Positions 27,721 to 37,055 of a DNA stretch of 64,000 nucleotides are shown piece after piece. The notes under the pieces are model-generated. The model was given only the letters and a program-made list of their open reading frames with translations. It did no database searches and was not told where the DNA came from. Position numbers and translations under genes: made by a program. Position 1 is the stretch's first letter. Every line of letters begins with the position of its first letter. The DNA is from Rhodobacter sp. CACIA14H1 (GTDB lineage: Bacteria > Pseudomonadota > Alphaproteobacteria > Rhodobacterales > Rhodobacteraceae): contig AYNO01000001.1 of NCBI GenBank assembly GCA_000500915.1, positions 800 to 64,799 on the forward strand, read 5' to 3'.

Positions 27721-29174
27721 TGGTCCGCGCCGCCTCCCTGGTGCTGGCCCTCGGCACCCTCGCGCTCCTGCCGCCGCTCCCAGCGGCGGCGGGCACGCCC
27801 GACCCCGCCGCGATCCGCGCCGGGATCGACGACCTGCTGACCGACCCGCAGGCCTTCGACGGACTGGCCGACCTGCTGGAACTTCCCCCCGCGCCGGTCC
27901 TGACCGGCATCCCCGAAACGCCGCCCTTCCCCGAAGGCCCCGCCCCCGTCATGGCGCAGGGCAAGCTGCAACTCGCCCTGTCGCAACTGGCCATCCACGC
28001 CGGCACCAACGGCCACATCGCGCTGGTCCGCGCCCAGAACGGCAGGGATGACGCGATCTTCCTGCAATCGGGCTTCACCGACCTCGCAACCCTCGCCCGC
28101 GCCGCCGCCGACCGGGGCATCGACGGCATCACCGCCGAAGGGCAGACCGTCACCCTCACCCGCCCGCTCGTCATCTGGATGGGCGCGGGCCTGCACCTCA
28201 ACCCCGGCGACCGGCTGCGCCTGTCCGGCACCGACGGCACCTTCCTGCTGAACTTCGGCCGCCTCGACAGCGAAAGCGCCACCGTCGAAACCACCGGCGA
28301 CAGCGATTTCCGCCCCTTCCTCCTGACCGCAGGGCAGGGCACGCTCCGCCTCGAAGGCAGCCGCCTGAACGGCCTCGGCTTCGCCCGCTCCGATGCCTTC
28401 GGCGGCATCGCCATCCTGTCGCGCGGCCTCTTCCGCCCCGACCACCCGCCGCTGATCCGCAACGCCACCTTCACCGACACGGGCCTGCTCTTCATCGAAG
28501 GCAGCGTCGGCGCATGGATCGAAGGCAATACCTTCCTCGCCCCCCGCACCGGCGGGCTGACGCTCTCGGCCACGACCGCCGCCACCGTCACCGGCAACCT
28601 GATCCACGCCGCACAGGGCAGCGCCGCCCTGCGCCTGCGAGACGGGGCCAGCGGCACGCGCATCACCGGCAACCTCGTCCTGAACAGCCTGCGCACCGGC
28701 ATCATGGGCGAAGGCAACCTGACCGACACCACCCTCGCCTCCAACGCCATCGCGGGCAGCGGCGGGGTGGGCCTCCTGCTGCGCCGGGCCGATTGCCTGC
28801 GCCTCTCCGGCAATCTGGTCGCGGCGAACGGCGCGGCGGGGATCAAGCTGGTCGAAACCGCCCGCACCACCCTTGCCCGCAACGCCATCCTGCACAATTC
28901 CGGCTCCGGCCTGACGCTCCAGACCCAGCCGGACACCGCCCGCACCGACCTTTCCGCCAACCTGCTGATGTCCAACCGCGACGGGCTTTCGGGCGCGGGC
29001 CTCGGCCCCGTCACGCTGGAAGGCGACGACCTGTCGGGACAGCTTCCCCGCCTCTTCTCCGGCGAATTCGCCCAACACCTGCCCGCCTACCTGTCCGCCC
29101 GCGACACGCAGGGCAGCACCGCCTTCGCCATCTCCGCACCCGCAGGCGCGGCCGAACCCGATCCCTGCCCGTAG
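27717..29174 (+). CDS. AlgG-like right-handed beta-helix periplasmic protein
   Basis: Signal peptide; FLLNFGRL, FRPFLL, LGF..S..FGG, repeated GN/N..G beta-helix turns; lacks YGIDPHD. Confidence 0.75.
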   Translation: MMVRAASLVLALGTLALLPPLPAAAGTPDPAAIRAGIDDLLTDPQAFDGLADLLELPPAPVLTGIPETPPFPEGPAPVMAQGKLQLALSQLAIHAGTNGHIALVRAQNGRDDAIFLQSGFTDLATLARAAADRGIDGITAEGQTVTLTRPLVIWMGAGLHLNPGDRLRLSGTDGTFLLNFGRLDSESATVETTGDSDFRPFLLTAGQGTLRLEGSRLNGLGFARSDAFGGIAILSRGLFRPDHPPLIRNATFTDTGLLFIEGSVGAWIEGNTFLAPRTGGLTLSATTAATVTGNLIHAAQGSAALRLRDGASGTRITGNLVLNSLRTGIMGEGNLTDTTLASNAIAGSGGVGLLLRRADCLRLSGNLVAANGAAGIKLVETARTTLARNAILHNSGSGLTLQTQPDTARTDLSANLLMSNRDGLSGAGLGPVTLEGDDLSGQLPRLFSGEFAQHLPAYLSARDTQGSTAFAISAPAGAAEPDPCP

Positions 29175-29183
29175 GTCCGCCAG

Positions 29184-30611
29184 ATGGTCTTTTCCTCCGA
29201 AACCTTCCTCTTCCTCTTCCTGCCCGTCTTCCTCGGGGCCTATTACCTCACGCCCTTCCGCTGGAAGTCGCTGACGATCCTGCTGTTTTCCTGGGGCTTC
29301 TACGGCTGGTGGCGCGTCGATTTCCTAGGCCTGCTCATCGGCACGACGCTGTTCACCTATCTTGTCGGCATCCGGATCGGCCGCGCCCCGCAGGGCAGCC
29401 CACAGGCAAGGCTCTGGCTGGCGATCGGCGTCACCGGCTGCCTTCTGGTGCTGGGCACCTTCAAATACCTCAACTTCTTCATCGACAGCCTCGCATGGTC
29501 GCTCGGCACCACGCCCGCCGGGATGGGCATCCACTGGCGCCTCATCCTGCCCATCGGCATCAGCTTCTACATCTTCCAGTCGCTGTCCTACCTGATCGAC
29601 GTCTATCGCCGCGACGTCCCGCCCACGACCCGCTTCCTCGACTTCGCGGCCTTCATCGCGCTGTTCCCGCAACTGATCGCCGGGCCCATCCTGCGCTTCA
29701 AGGACCTCGCGGACCAGTTCACCGACCGCAGACACAGCCCCCAGCTCTTCGCGGACGGCTTCGCGCTGTTCCTTCTGGGGCTGGCCAAGAAAGTCCTTCT
29801 GGCCGACACGGTCGCGCCCCTCGCCGACCTTGCCTTCACCACGCCCGACCCGTCCTTCCTGCTGGCATGGCTCGGCACCGCCGCCTACACGCTGCAACTC
29901 TACTTCGACTTCTCGGGCTATTCCGACATGGCCTGCGGCCTTGGCCTGATGATCGGCTTCCGCTTCATCAACAACTTCGACACCCCCTATATCAGCCGCT
30001 CGATCACCGAATTCTGGCGGCGCTGGCACATCTCGCTGTCGGTCTGGCTGCGCGACTACCTCTATATCCCGCTGGGCGGCAACCGCCTCGGCACCACGCG
30101 CACCTATGCCAACCTGATGACCGTCATGGTGCTGGGCGGCCTCTGGCACGGCGCGAACTGGACCTTCCTCCTCTGGGGCGCATGGCATGGCGGCTGGCTC
30201 GCGCTGGAACGCGCCACGGGCCTGTCCCGCGACCGCAGCGCCACGGGCCTTGCCCGCACGCTCCTCGTTGTCATGCTGGGCTGGGTCGCCTTCCGCGCCG
30301 CGACCGTCGCCGATGCCTTCGGCGTCTATGCCGGGCTTGCCGGCTTCAACGGCTTCGGCCTCTCCCCCGACCTTGCCCTCGCCATCAGCGGCGAGGCGCT
30401 GCTCTTCCTCGGCCTCGGCTTCCTTGCCGCCACGGCGGAACCCGTCATGCGCGACAACCTGCAACGCGCCTGGTTCACCTCGCATCCGGACGGAACCCTT
30501 TCCGTGTCCCGTTCGCTTCTCCCCACGCTCGGCCTCGCCGCGCTGGCCACGCTCTCCATCATGAAGCTCGCCGAACAGAGCTTCTCCCCCTTCCTCTATT
30601 TCCAGTTCTGA
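29184..30611 (+). CDS. algI: Alginate O-acetyltransferase, MBOAT family
   Basis: MVFSSETFLFLFLP, LPIGISFYIFQ, FPQLIAGPI, YFDFSGYSDMA, FWRRWHISLS, GLWHGA, SPFLYFQF. Confidence 0.95.
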   Translation: MVFSSETFLFLFLPVFLGAYYLTPFRWKSLTILLFSWGFYGWWRVDFLGLLIGTTLFTYLVGIRIGRAPQGSPQARLWLAIGVTGCLLVLGTFKYLNFFIDSLAWSLGTTPAGMGIHWRLILPIGISFYIFQSLSYLIDVYRRDVPPTTRFLDFAAFIALFPQLIAGPILRFKDLADQFTDRRHSPQLFADGFALFLLGLAKKVLLADTVAPLADLAFTTPDPSFLLAWLGTAAYTLQLYFDFSGYSDMACGLGLMIGFRFINNFDTPYISRSITEFWRRWHISLSVWLRDYLYIPLGGNRLGTTRTYANLMTVMVLGGLWHGANWTFLLWGAWHGGWLALERATGLSRDRSATGLARTLLVVMLGWVAFRAATVADAFGVYAGLAGFNGFGLSPDLALAISGEALLFLGLGFLAATAEPVMRDNLQRAWFTSHPDGTLSVSRSLLPTLGLAALATLSIMKLAEQSFSPFLYFQF

Positions 30612-30618
30612 GGGCCTC

Positions 30619-31662
30619 ATGCATCAGACCCTGCTCCGCGCCAGCCGCTACGCCCTTCCCGCCGCCTTCATCGGCTACGCCGCCATGGCCAGCGTCACCG
30701 CCCTGTCCCGCGCCGACCATATCCCCGGCTGGGACGGCCTGCTTCAGGGGCGCACAACCGCCGCCATCGACAGCGTGCTCAAGACCGGAACGCCCCACCG
30801 CGACCTTGCCATCGGCCTGATCGGCGCCGCCCGCTTCGCGCTGGTGGGCGAAGGCCGCGATGGCGTCATCGCGGGCCATGACCGCTGGCTCTTCACGGCG
30901 GAAGAGGCTCGCCCCTCGCTTCCCCTCGCCCCCGCGTTGGCCGAATTCGCCGCCATCCGCGACCGCCTTGCCGACCGTGGCACGCGTCTGATCGTCCTGC
31001 CCCTGCCCGCAAAGATCGACATCCACGCCGACCACGCCGACAACCCCGCCCTGTCCGCCCGCATGGCGACCCTCCATGACACCCTGCTCGCCGGCCTTGC
31101 CCGCGAAGGCATCGACGCCATCGACGCCCGCCCCGCCCTGCGCGGCGCGGGCTTCCTGCAGACCGATACCCACTGGTCCGTCGAAGGCGCCGCCGCCGTG
31201 GCGCAGGCCGTCGCCGACTCCGGCCTGATCCCGATGGGGACAGAGCCGATGCAGCGCCATGACGCGCCCGAAAAGGAAATCACCGGCGACCTCGTCTCCT
31301 ATGTCACCACCTCGGACATCGCGCCGCTCATCGGCCTTGCCCGCGAACGCCTGCGCCCCTTCACCGTCGCCGCCCCCGCCTCCGCGACGGCGGATGCGAC
31401 CGACATCTTCGGCGCGGCGGAAACACCCCTCGCCCTCATCGGCACCTCCTATTCGGCCAACCCCGACTGGTCCTTCCCCGAGGCGCTGAAACTCGCCCTC
31501 GGGACCGACCTCGTCAACCACGCCGCCGAAGGCCACGGCCCCGTCAGACCGATGCGCGACTTCCTCGAAACGGACGCAGCGCCCGAAATCCTGATCTGGG
31601 AATTCCCCGTCCGCTACCTCACCGACCCCGAACTCTGGAGCGTGGCCGACGATGCGACCTGA
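30619..31662 (+). CDS. algJ: AlgJ-like SGNH acetylation protein
   Basis: EGRDGVIAG..RWLFTAEE, TDTHWS, GDL, LIGTSYSAN, LIWEFPVRYL. Confidence 0.88.
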   Translation: MHQTLLRASRYALPAAFIGYAAMASVTALSRADHIPGWDGLLQGRTTAAIDSVLKTGTPHRDLAIGLIGAARFALVGEGRDGVIAGHDRWLFTAEEARPSLPLAPALAEFAAIRDRLADRGTRLIVLPLPAKIDIHADHADNPALSARMATLHDTLLAGLAREGIDAIDARPALRGAGFLQTDTHWSVEGAAAVAQAVADSGLIPMGTEPMQRHDAPEKEITGDLVSYVTTSDIAPLIGLARERLRPFTVAAPASATADATDIFGAAETPLALIGTSYSANPDWSFPEALKLALGTDLVNHAAEGHGPVRPMRDFLETDAAPEILIWEFPVRYLTDPELWSVADDAT

Positions 31663-32353
31663 CCTCCTCCTCCTCCTCGCCGCCCTCGCCCTGCCCCCCG
31701 TGCCCGCCACGGCGCAGGATGTGACCGGCATCACCCGCACCGACCAGTTGCCATGGGACCTGCGCCGCCACCGCAAGAACATGATCGCCGGGGCGAATGT
31801 CCCCACCCGTGACCTGCGCGGGCTGGCGGATGCGGGCGACAGCCTCGCCGCCTTCAACTTCGCGAAAGAGATCGAGGCGATGGGCGACCCCGCCCTCCTG
31901 CCCGACGCGCTGCATTACTATTCCATCGCCGTCCACCATGGCCGCGACTTCGCCCTGCCCCGCCTGCTGCGCCTGCTCAAGATCACGGGCAAGGACCTGT
32001 CGCCCGGCCGCCTCGCCAATGTCCGGCTCGCCATCGAACGCGCCGCCAGGCGCGGCGACGCCCGCGCCGCCCGCGCCCTGTCGCGGATGCTGACCGCAGG
32101 CACCCCCTTCGGTCCCGACCCCGTCGCCGCCCGCGAATGGCTCCAGACCGTGGCCGCAGCGGGCGACGGCGCCGCCGCGCTGGACCTCGCGCTGCTCTGG
32201 ATGCGGCCCGCGCCGGGGCTTCCCGCGGACACGGCAAAGGCCCGCGCCGCGCTGGAACTCGCCGCCGCCTCCGACAACCTCTCCGCCCGCGCCACGGCCG
32301 AAAACCTGCTGCGCCAGCTTCCCGCACCGAACCCGGAGGACCCGTCGCAATGA
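31652..32353 (+). CDS. Secreted SEL1-like repeat protein
   Basis: Signal peptide; AARRGDARAARALSRML..G....DPVAAREWLQTVAAAGD. Confidence 0.75.
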   Translation: MRPDLLLLLAALALPPVPATAQDVTGITRTDQLPWDLRRHRKNMIAGANVPTRDLRGLADAGDSLAAFNFAKEIEAMGDPALLPDALHYYSIAVHHGRDFALPRLLRLLKITGKDLSPGRLANVRLAIERAARRGDARAARALSRMLTAGTPFGPDPVAAREWLQTVAAAGDGAAALDLALLWMRPAPGLPADTAKARAALELAAASDNLSARATAENLLRQLPAPNPEDPSQ

Positions 32354-33690
32354 TCCGCCCCCTCGTCGCCGCCGCCCTGCTGGCCGCCGGACCCGCCGCC
32401 GCACAGGAAAGCTCGGCCTTCGGCTGCACCGGCATCGAATTCAACCCGACCCTCCCCGCCGTCGAAGGCAAGGAAGGCGTGTTCTACCGCACCATGTCCG
32501 ACCTGCGCCTCCAGCACCCCATGCGGGGCGAGGTGATGGCCCTCATGGAACGCCTCGCCACCGCGCTTGCCGAAAACGGCACGACGCTGGTCTATGCGAC
32601 CGTTCCGGCAAAAAGCCTTGCCATGCCGCAATTCCTGCCGCCCCGCGCGGCGGAATACGGCTATGACCCGCAGGTCGCGGACACCGTCTATACCGACATC
32701 ATCACCCGGCTGGACTCCGCAGGCGTCGTCGCCCCCGACCTGCGCCGCGCCCTGCAATCGGCCCCGCCCGGCGACCCGGTCTTCTATCCGACCGACTTCC
32801 ACTGGACATCGACCGGCGCCCGCCTCGCCGCACAGGCCATCGGGGATGCGATCCGCGCCCATCCCGCCTATGCCGAAACCACCCCCGGCACCTACGAAAC
32901 CCGCCAACTGGGCGTCCAGCCCGCCTTTTCCGGGATGCGCCGCACGCTGCAGACCTTCTGCACCAAGGCCCTCCCCCCCGTCGAAGCCATGGCCTACGAA
33001 ACCGTCCGCACCGACAGCCCCGCCGACGCCGGAACCGGCGGCGACGCCGCGCTCGACATCTTCGCGGGCGGGGACGAAGGCGCGGACAGCCCGCAACTCG
33101 TCCTCGTCGGCACCTCCTTCTCGGACAGCCCCGTCAACAACTTCGCGGGCTTCCTGTCGCACGCTTCCGGGCTCGACGTGGTCAACTACTCCGTCACCGG
33201 CGGCAACCAGTTCGGCGCCATGATCTCCTACCTGACATCCGAGGATTTCGCCGCCGCCCGCCCCCGCTTCCTCGTCTGGGAAAACCCGATCTACAACAAC
33301 CTCGCCCAATACGGCACCGCACCGCTCGAGGAACTGGTCGCCGCCGCCGGCAACACCTGCACCACCGTGCTGGAAACCGAACGCACCGACGACCACACCC
33401 TGACGGCCAAACTCGGCGACCTGCGCCCGCGCGGCACCGATGCCATCTTCGCCGATTACGGCCCCGAAGGCGCCCGCCGTGTCGATTTCACCCTCCACTC
33501 CCCCGAAGGCTTCACCCGCGAAACCGCCATCGAACGCGGCCAGCGCCAGCGGGCGACCGGCAACTTCTACCTCGGCCTCGGCGCCTTCCACCATCCGGGC
33601 ATCACCCGCGTCACCGCACGCTTCGACCGCCCGCTCACCGCCGACAGCCGCCTCGTATTCTGCACCGATCCCAAAGGAGACGCCTCGTGA
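32350..33690 (+). CDS. algX: AlgX-like O-acetyltransferase with C-terminal carbohydrate-binding region
   Basis: EGKEGVFYR, TDFHWT, LVGTSFS, FLVWENP; start ATG 32350. Confidence 0.85.
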   Translation: MIRPLVAAALLAAGPAAAQESSAFGCTGIEFNPTLPAVEGKEGVFYRTMSDLRLQHPMRGEVMALMERLATALAENGTTLVYATVPAKSLAMPQFLPPRAAEYGYDPQVADTVYTDIITRLDSAGVVAPDLRRALQSAPPGDPVFYPTDFHWTSTGARLAAQAIGDAIRAHPAYAETTPGTYETRQLGVQPAFSGMRRTLQTFCTKALPPVEAMAYETVRTDSPADAGTGGDAALDIFAGGDEGADSPQLVLVGTSFSDSPVNNFAGFLSHASGLDVVNYSVTGGNQFGAMISYLTSEDFAAARPRFLVWENPIYNNLAQYGTAPLEELVAAAGNTCTTVLETERTDDHTLTAKLGDLRPRGTDAIFADYGPEGARRVDFTLHSPEGFTRETAIERGQRQRATGNFYLGLGAFHHPGITRVTARFDRPLTADSRLVFCTDPKGDAS

Positions 33691-34304
33691 TCCGCGCCAC
33701 CCTCACAGCCCTCGCCCTGATGTCCACCGCCGCCTTCGCACAGGATGGCGGGCTCTATCAGGATGTCCCCGATCCCGATGCCGCCTTCCTGCGCGTCATC
33801 GGCGCCGACCTCACCGCCGCCACCGTCAACGGCAAGACGCTCGAAGGTCTGGATACCGGCATCTCGCCCTATGTCGTCATCACCGATGCGGGCGACATCA
33901 CGGTGGATGCGGGCGCCGAAAGCTCCACCGCCACCGTTTCCCCCGCCACCTTCCACACCCTGCTCATCGCGCAGGACGGGACCCGCAGCCTCGTCACCGA
34001 CCCGCTCACCCTGTCCCCTGCGCAGGCCGACGTGACCTTCTACAACCTCTCCGACCGGCCCTCCGTCGATCTCTTCGTTCCCGCCGCCAAGGCCAAGGCC
34101 ATCGAAGGCCTCGCCCCCAATACCGGCGGCGCCGTCGCGCTCAAGGCCCCGCTCACCCTCGATTTCGAAGCCCGCGACGGCGACAGCGTCCTCGCCTCCG
34201 CCACCGGCATCGCGCTGGAACGCCGTCAGGGCGTCGCGCTCCTGCTGCGCGGCAGCGACGGCAACTACGAACTCGTCACCGCCCCCAACGCCATCGCGGA
34301 CTGA
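33687..34304 (+). CDS. algF: AlgF-like periplasmic acetylation protein
   Basis: Signal peptide; LYQDVPDPDAAFLRVI; FYNLSD; position among algI/J/X. Confidence 0.8.
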   Translation: MIRATLTALALMSTAAFAQDGGLYQDVPDPDAAFLRVIGADLTAATVNGKTLEGLDTGISPYVVITDAGDITVDAGAESSTATVSPATFHTLLIAQDGTRSLVTDPLTLSPAQADVTFYNLSDRPSVDLFVPAAKAKAIEGLAPNTGGAVALKAPLTLDFEARDGDSVLASATGIALERRQGVALLLRGSDGNYELVTAPNAIAD

Positions 34305-34307
34305 TCC

Positions 34308-37055
34308 ATGCGCCACGCCGTCCTCATCGCCCCGTTCCTCGCCCTCTCCGCTCCGGCGCAGGCCGCGCAGACCGTCGATCTGGCCTTCCAACCCCCGCAG
34401 GTCCAGGCCACCGACATCTGCCGCGCCCGCGTGCCGGACGAACGGCTCTTCCGGGAATGGGGCGACTGGGACGGCAAGGCCCTTCCCGACCGCGAACCCG
34501 AAATCCTCCAGCGCGAACTTGCCCGCCTGCTGGCAATGGACCCCGCCCGCTGGGCCGGCACCGTCGAAAAGGCGCAGGCGCTGATGCCCTCCGTGGACCC
34601 GCGCTACACTGCCGAAAAGGCCACGCTGGACCGCATCCAGCTCTACGTCGCCACCGGCCGGACAGAGGAGCTCAAGCGTCTCCGCCTCGTCGAGGATCTG
34701 CGCCGCAGCGATCTGGCTGCTTCGCCACGGATGCAGGCGGCGCTGGCGCAATACCTGATGGAAGGCATCGGCATCGCCCCCGACCGCGACGCCGCGCTCG
34801 GCCTCATGGTGCAGGCGGCCTATGGCGGCAATGCCGACGCCCTGCTGAAACTCACGGAAATGGAACTCGCCGGCCAGAAGGTGCCGGGCTGGGACGTGGA
34901 ACCCGAACTTGCCGTCACCATGGCCTTCGGCGCCCTCGTCGGGCAGCTCGACCCCGTGATCTGCGACCGCGCGGGCCGCATCGCGCGGGAATACCTCTCC
35001 GGCGCGATCGTCACCCGCAACGTGGAAATGGCCGAAACCTGGTATCGCTTCGCCGCCGATCTGGGCGACGCCTCCGCCGCATGGAAGGTGGCGGAGATGC
35101 ACCTCCGCTCCGAGGATCTGGTCAAGGACAACGACACCCTCGTCACCTACCTGACCAAGGCCGCCGAAGGCGAACTGCCCCACGCGCAATCCGCCCTCGG
35201 CCGCGCCTACGAACTGGGCACCATCGTCCCCCAGGACCTCGACCGCGCCCGCGCCCTGCACGAAGCCGCCGCCGCCGATGGCGACAGGGGCGGCCTCATC
35301 CGCCTGACGCTCTTCCTGCTCCAGCAATCCCAGCAGGACCCCGCGCTGCGCCCCGATTACATCGCCTCGCTGGAACGCCTCGCCGCCCGCGACGACGCGC
35401 CAAGCTGGGCGCTCGCCTCGCTGGCCGATGCCATCCTGCAGGACAAGGGCCGCTGGGCAGGCGAGTCGGAAGCCACCGCCCTGCTGGAACGCGCCGCCGC
35501 GATGGATGACCCCGGCGCGACCCAGCGGCTGACCGCGCTCCGCTTCCGCCACGTCTCGGCGCCCGCCGAATTCTACGCCGTGGTGGACGATCTGGTCGCC
35601 TCGGTCCACCTGCAGGGCAACATCGACCCGATGGCCGAACTGCAAAACGCCTTCACCTGCCGCGCCCCCGACGCCCCCCACAGGGACGAGGCGCAGTATT
35701 GGCGCGGGGTAGAGGATGCAGCCGCCTCCCGCTCGCTGGAACTCACGCCGCGCGACATCGCCGGACTGGCCGAAGACCCCGACCCGCTGACACTGGCCAC
35801 CCTGCAATCGCAGGCGCTCTATGGCCGTCCCACCGCCATCGCCAACTACATCTCCCTGCTGCGCCGCACCGGTGCCCCGCCGGCCGTCATCACCTTCTGG
35901 CAGGATCTCGCCCTGCGCAACGACAAGGCCCTGCTCTCCGCCGCCCGACTCTCGGTCGAGGAAGGCGAAACCCGCGCCGCCCTCACCGGACAGCGCAACG
36001 TGGACATCGACCTGTTCCGCGCCGCCGTCGAGGCGGGCGAAACCGCCGCCGGCGTGGACCTCGCCGCCCAGCTCCTCTCCGTCCCCCGCCCCACCGCCGG
36101 GGCGCGGGTCGAGGCGCTCTCCGCCCTCCTCCCCCTCGCGCAATCCGGCAATGGCGCGGCCATGCACCTCCTGCCCAAGGCCGACCCCGCAAGATGGCCC
36201 GATCTCGATGCCGTCTGGCGCGATTTCGCCCCCGTCATCGAAGCCCGCGGCGATTTCGAGGCCATCCTCATCGCCCTGCCCCGCGCCGCGGATGGCAAGG
36301 CACAGGCCGACTACCTCCACCGCGCCACCGCCTCCACCGCCTGCACCTTCGACCAGACCATCCTGCTGACCGAAGTGCTGGGCCAGATGAAGGCCACCCG
36401 CGCCTTCCGGCAGTGGATCGACATCACCGAATACCTCGCCGAAGGGAACGGCTGGCGCCTGACACGCCTTGGCGACGTGCTGATCCGCTACGGCACCCCC
36501 ACCGATGCCGAACGCGCCGTTGCCTATTTCGAAACCGCCATGGCCGACGGCTCCAACACCGCCATCCACCGCCTCCTGCGCTATGTCGCCCGCTCGGAAC
36601 TTCCCAGCTACGACCCCGCCCGCGCCACGCAGCTCTACATCCAGCTCATCAACCGCTCGGACCCCGTGGAACTGCCCCGCACGCTGTCCCGTCTGGCGGG
36701 CGAAGAGGACCAGATCCGCAAGGCCACCGAAGCCGCCATCGACATCCCCGCCCTCTACCGCTCCGCCGCCGAGGCGGGCAGCCCCATCGGGATGCGCGAA
36801 TATGCCCGCCTCCTGCAGGCCGCCGCCGACAACCCGCAGGAACTGGCCGAAGCCACCGGATGGATGCACCGCGCCGCCGAGGCGGGCGACATGGACGCCA
36901 TGGTCAGCTACGCCGAAGCCCTCGCCCTCGGCATCGGCACCACCCCCTCGCGGGACGAGGCGGTGCTGTGGCTCTCCCGCGCCGCCGAACTGGGCAGCGA
37001 ACAGGCCGCCGCCACGATGCGCAACCTCCGCATGTCGCAGGGACTATCGCAATGA
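34308..37055 (+). CDS. Large periplasmic SEL1/TPR-repeat protein (915 aa)
   Basis: Sec signal without lipobox Cys; many SEL1 motifs (AAEGELPHAQSALGRAYELG..VPQDLDRA; AAEAGDMDAMVSYAEALALGIG..PSRDEAVLWL). Confidence 0.85.
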   Translation: MRHAVLIAPFLALSAPAQAAQTVDLAFQPPQVQATDICRARVPDERLFREWGDWDGKALPDREPEILQRELARLLAMDPARWAGTVEKAQALMPSVDPRYTAEKATLDRIQLYVATGRTEELKRLRLVEDLRRSDLAASPRMQAALAQYLMEGIGIAPDRDAALGLMVQAAYGGNADALLKLTEMELAGQKVPGWDVEPELAVTMAFGALVGQLDPVICDRAGRIAREYLSGAIVTRNVEMAETWYRFAADLGDASAAWKVAEMHLRSEDLVKDNDTLVTYLTKAAEGELPHAQSALGRAYELGTIVPQDLDRARALHEAAAADGDRGGLIRLTLFLLQQSQQDPALRPDYIASLERLAARDDAPSWALASLADAILQDKGRWAGESEATALLERAAAMDDPGATQRLTALRFRHVSAPAEFYAVVDDLVASVHLQGNIDPMAELQNAFTCRAPDAPHRDEAQYWRGVEDAAASRSLELTPRDIAGLAEDPDPLTLATLQSQALYGRPTAIANYISLLRRTGAPPAVITFWQDLALRNDKALLSAARLSVEEGETRAALTGQRNVDIDLFRAAVEAGETAAGVDLAAQLLSVPRPTAGARVEALSALLPLAQSGNGAAMHLLPKADPARWPDLDAVWRDFAPVIEARGDFEAILIALPRAADGKAQADYLHRATASTACTFDQTILLTEVLGQMKATRAFRQWIDITEYLAEGNGWRLTRLGDVLIRYGTPTDAERAVAYFETAMADGSNTAIHRLLRYVARSELPSYDPARATQLYIQLINRSDPVELPRTLSRLAGEEDQIRKATEAAIDIPALYRSAAEAGSPIGMREYARLLQAAADNPQELAEATGWMHRAAEAGDMDAMVSYAEALALGIGTTPSRDEAVLWLSRAAELGSEQAAATMRNLRMSQGLSQ

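Noticed and set aside
33567-36869. 1100-aa minus-strand ORF, and similar long ORFs at 23667-25757, 43504-45474 and 60663-63137
   Set aside because: Antisense shadows of well-supported genes; high GC suppresses stop codons; no recognisable motifs
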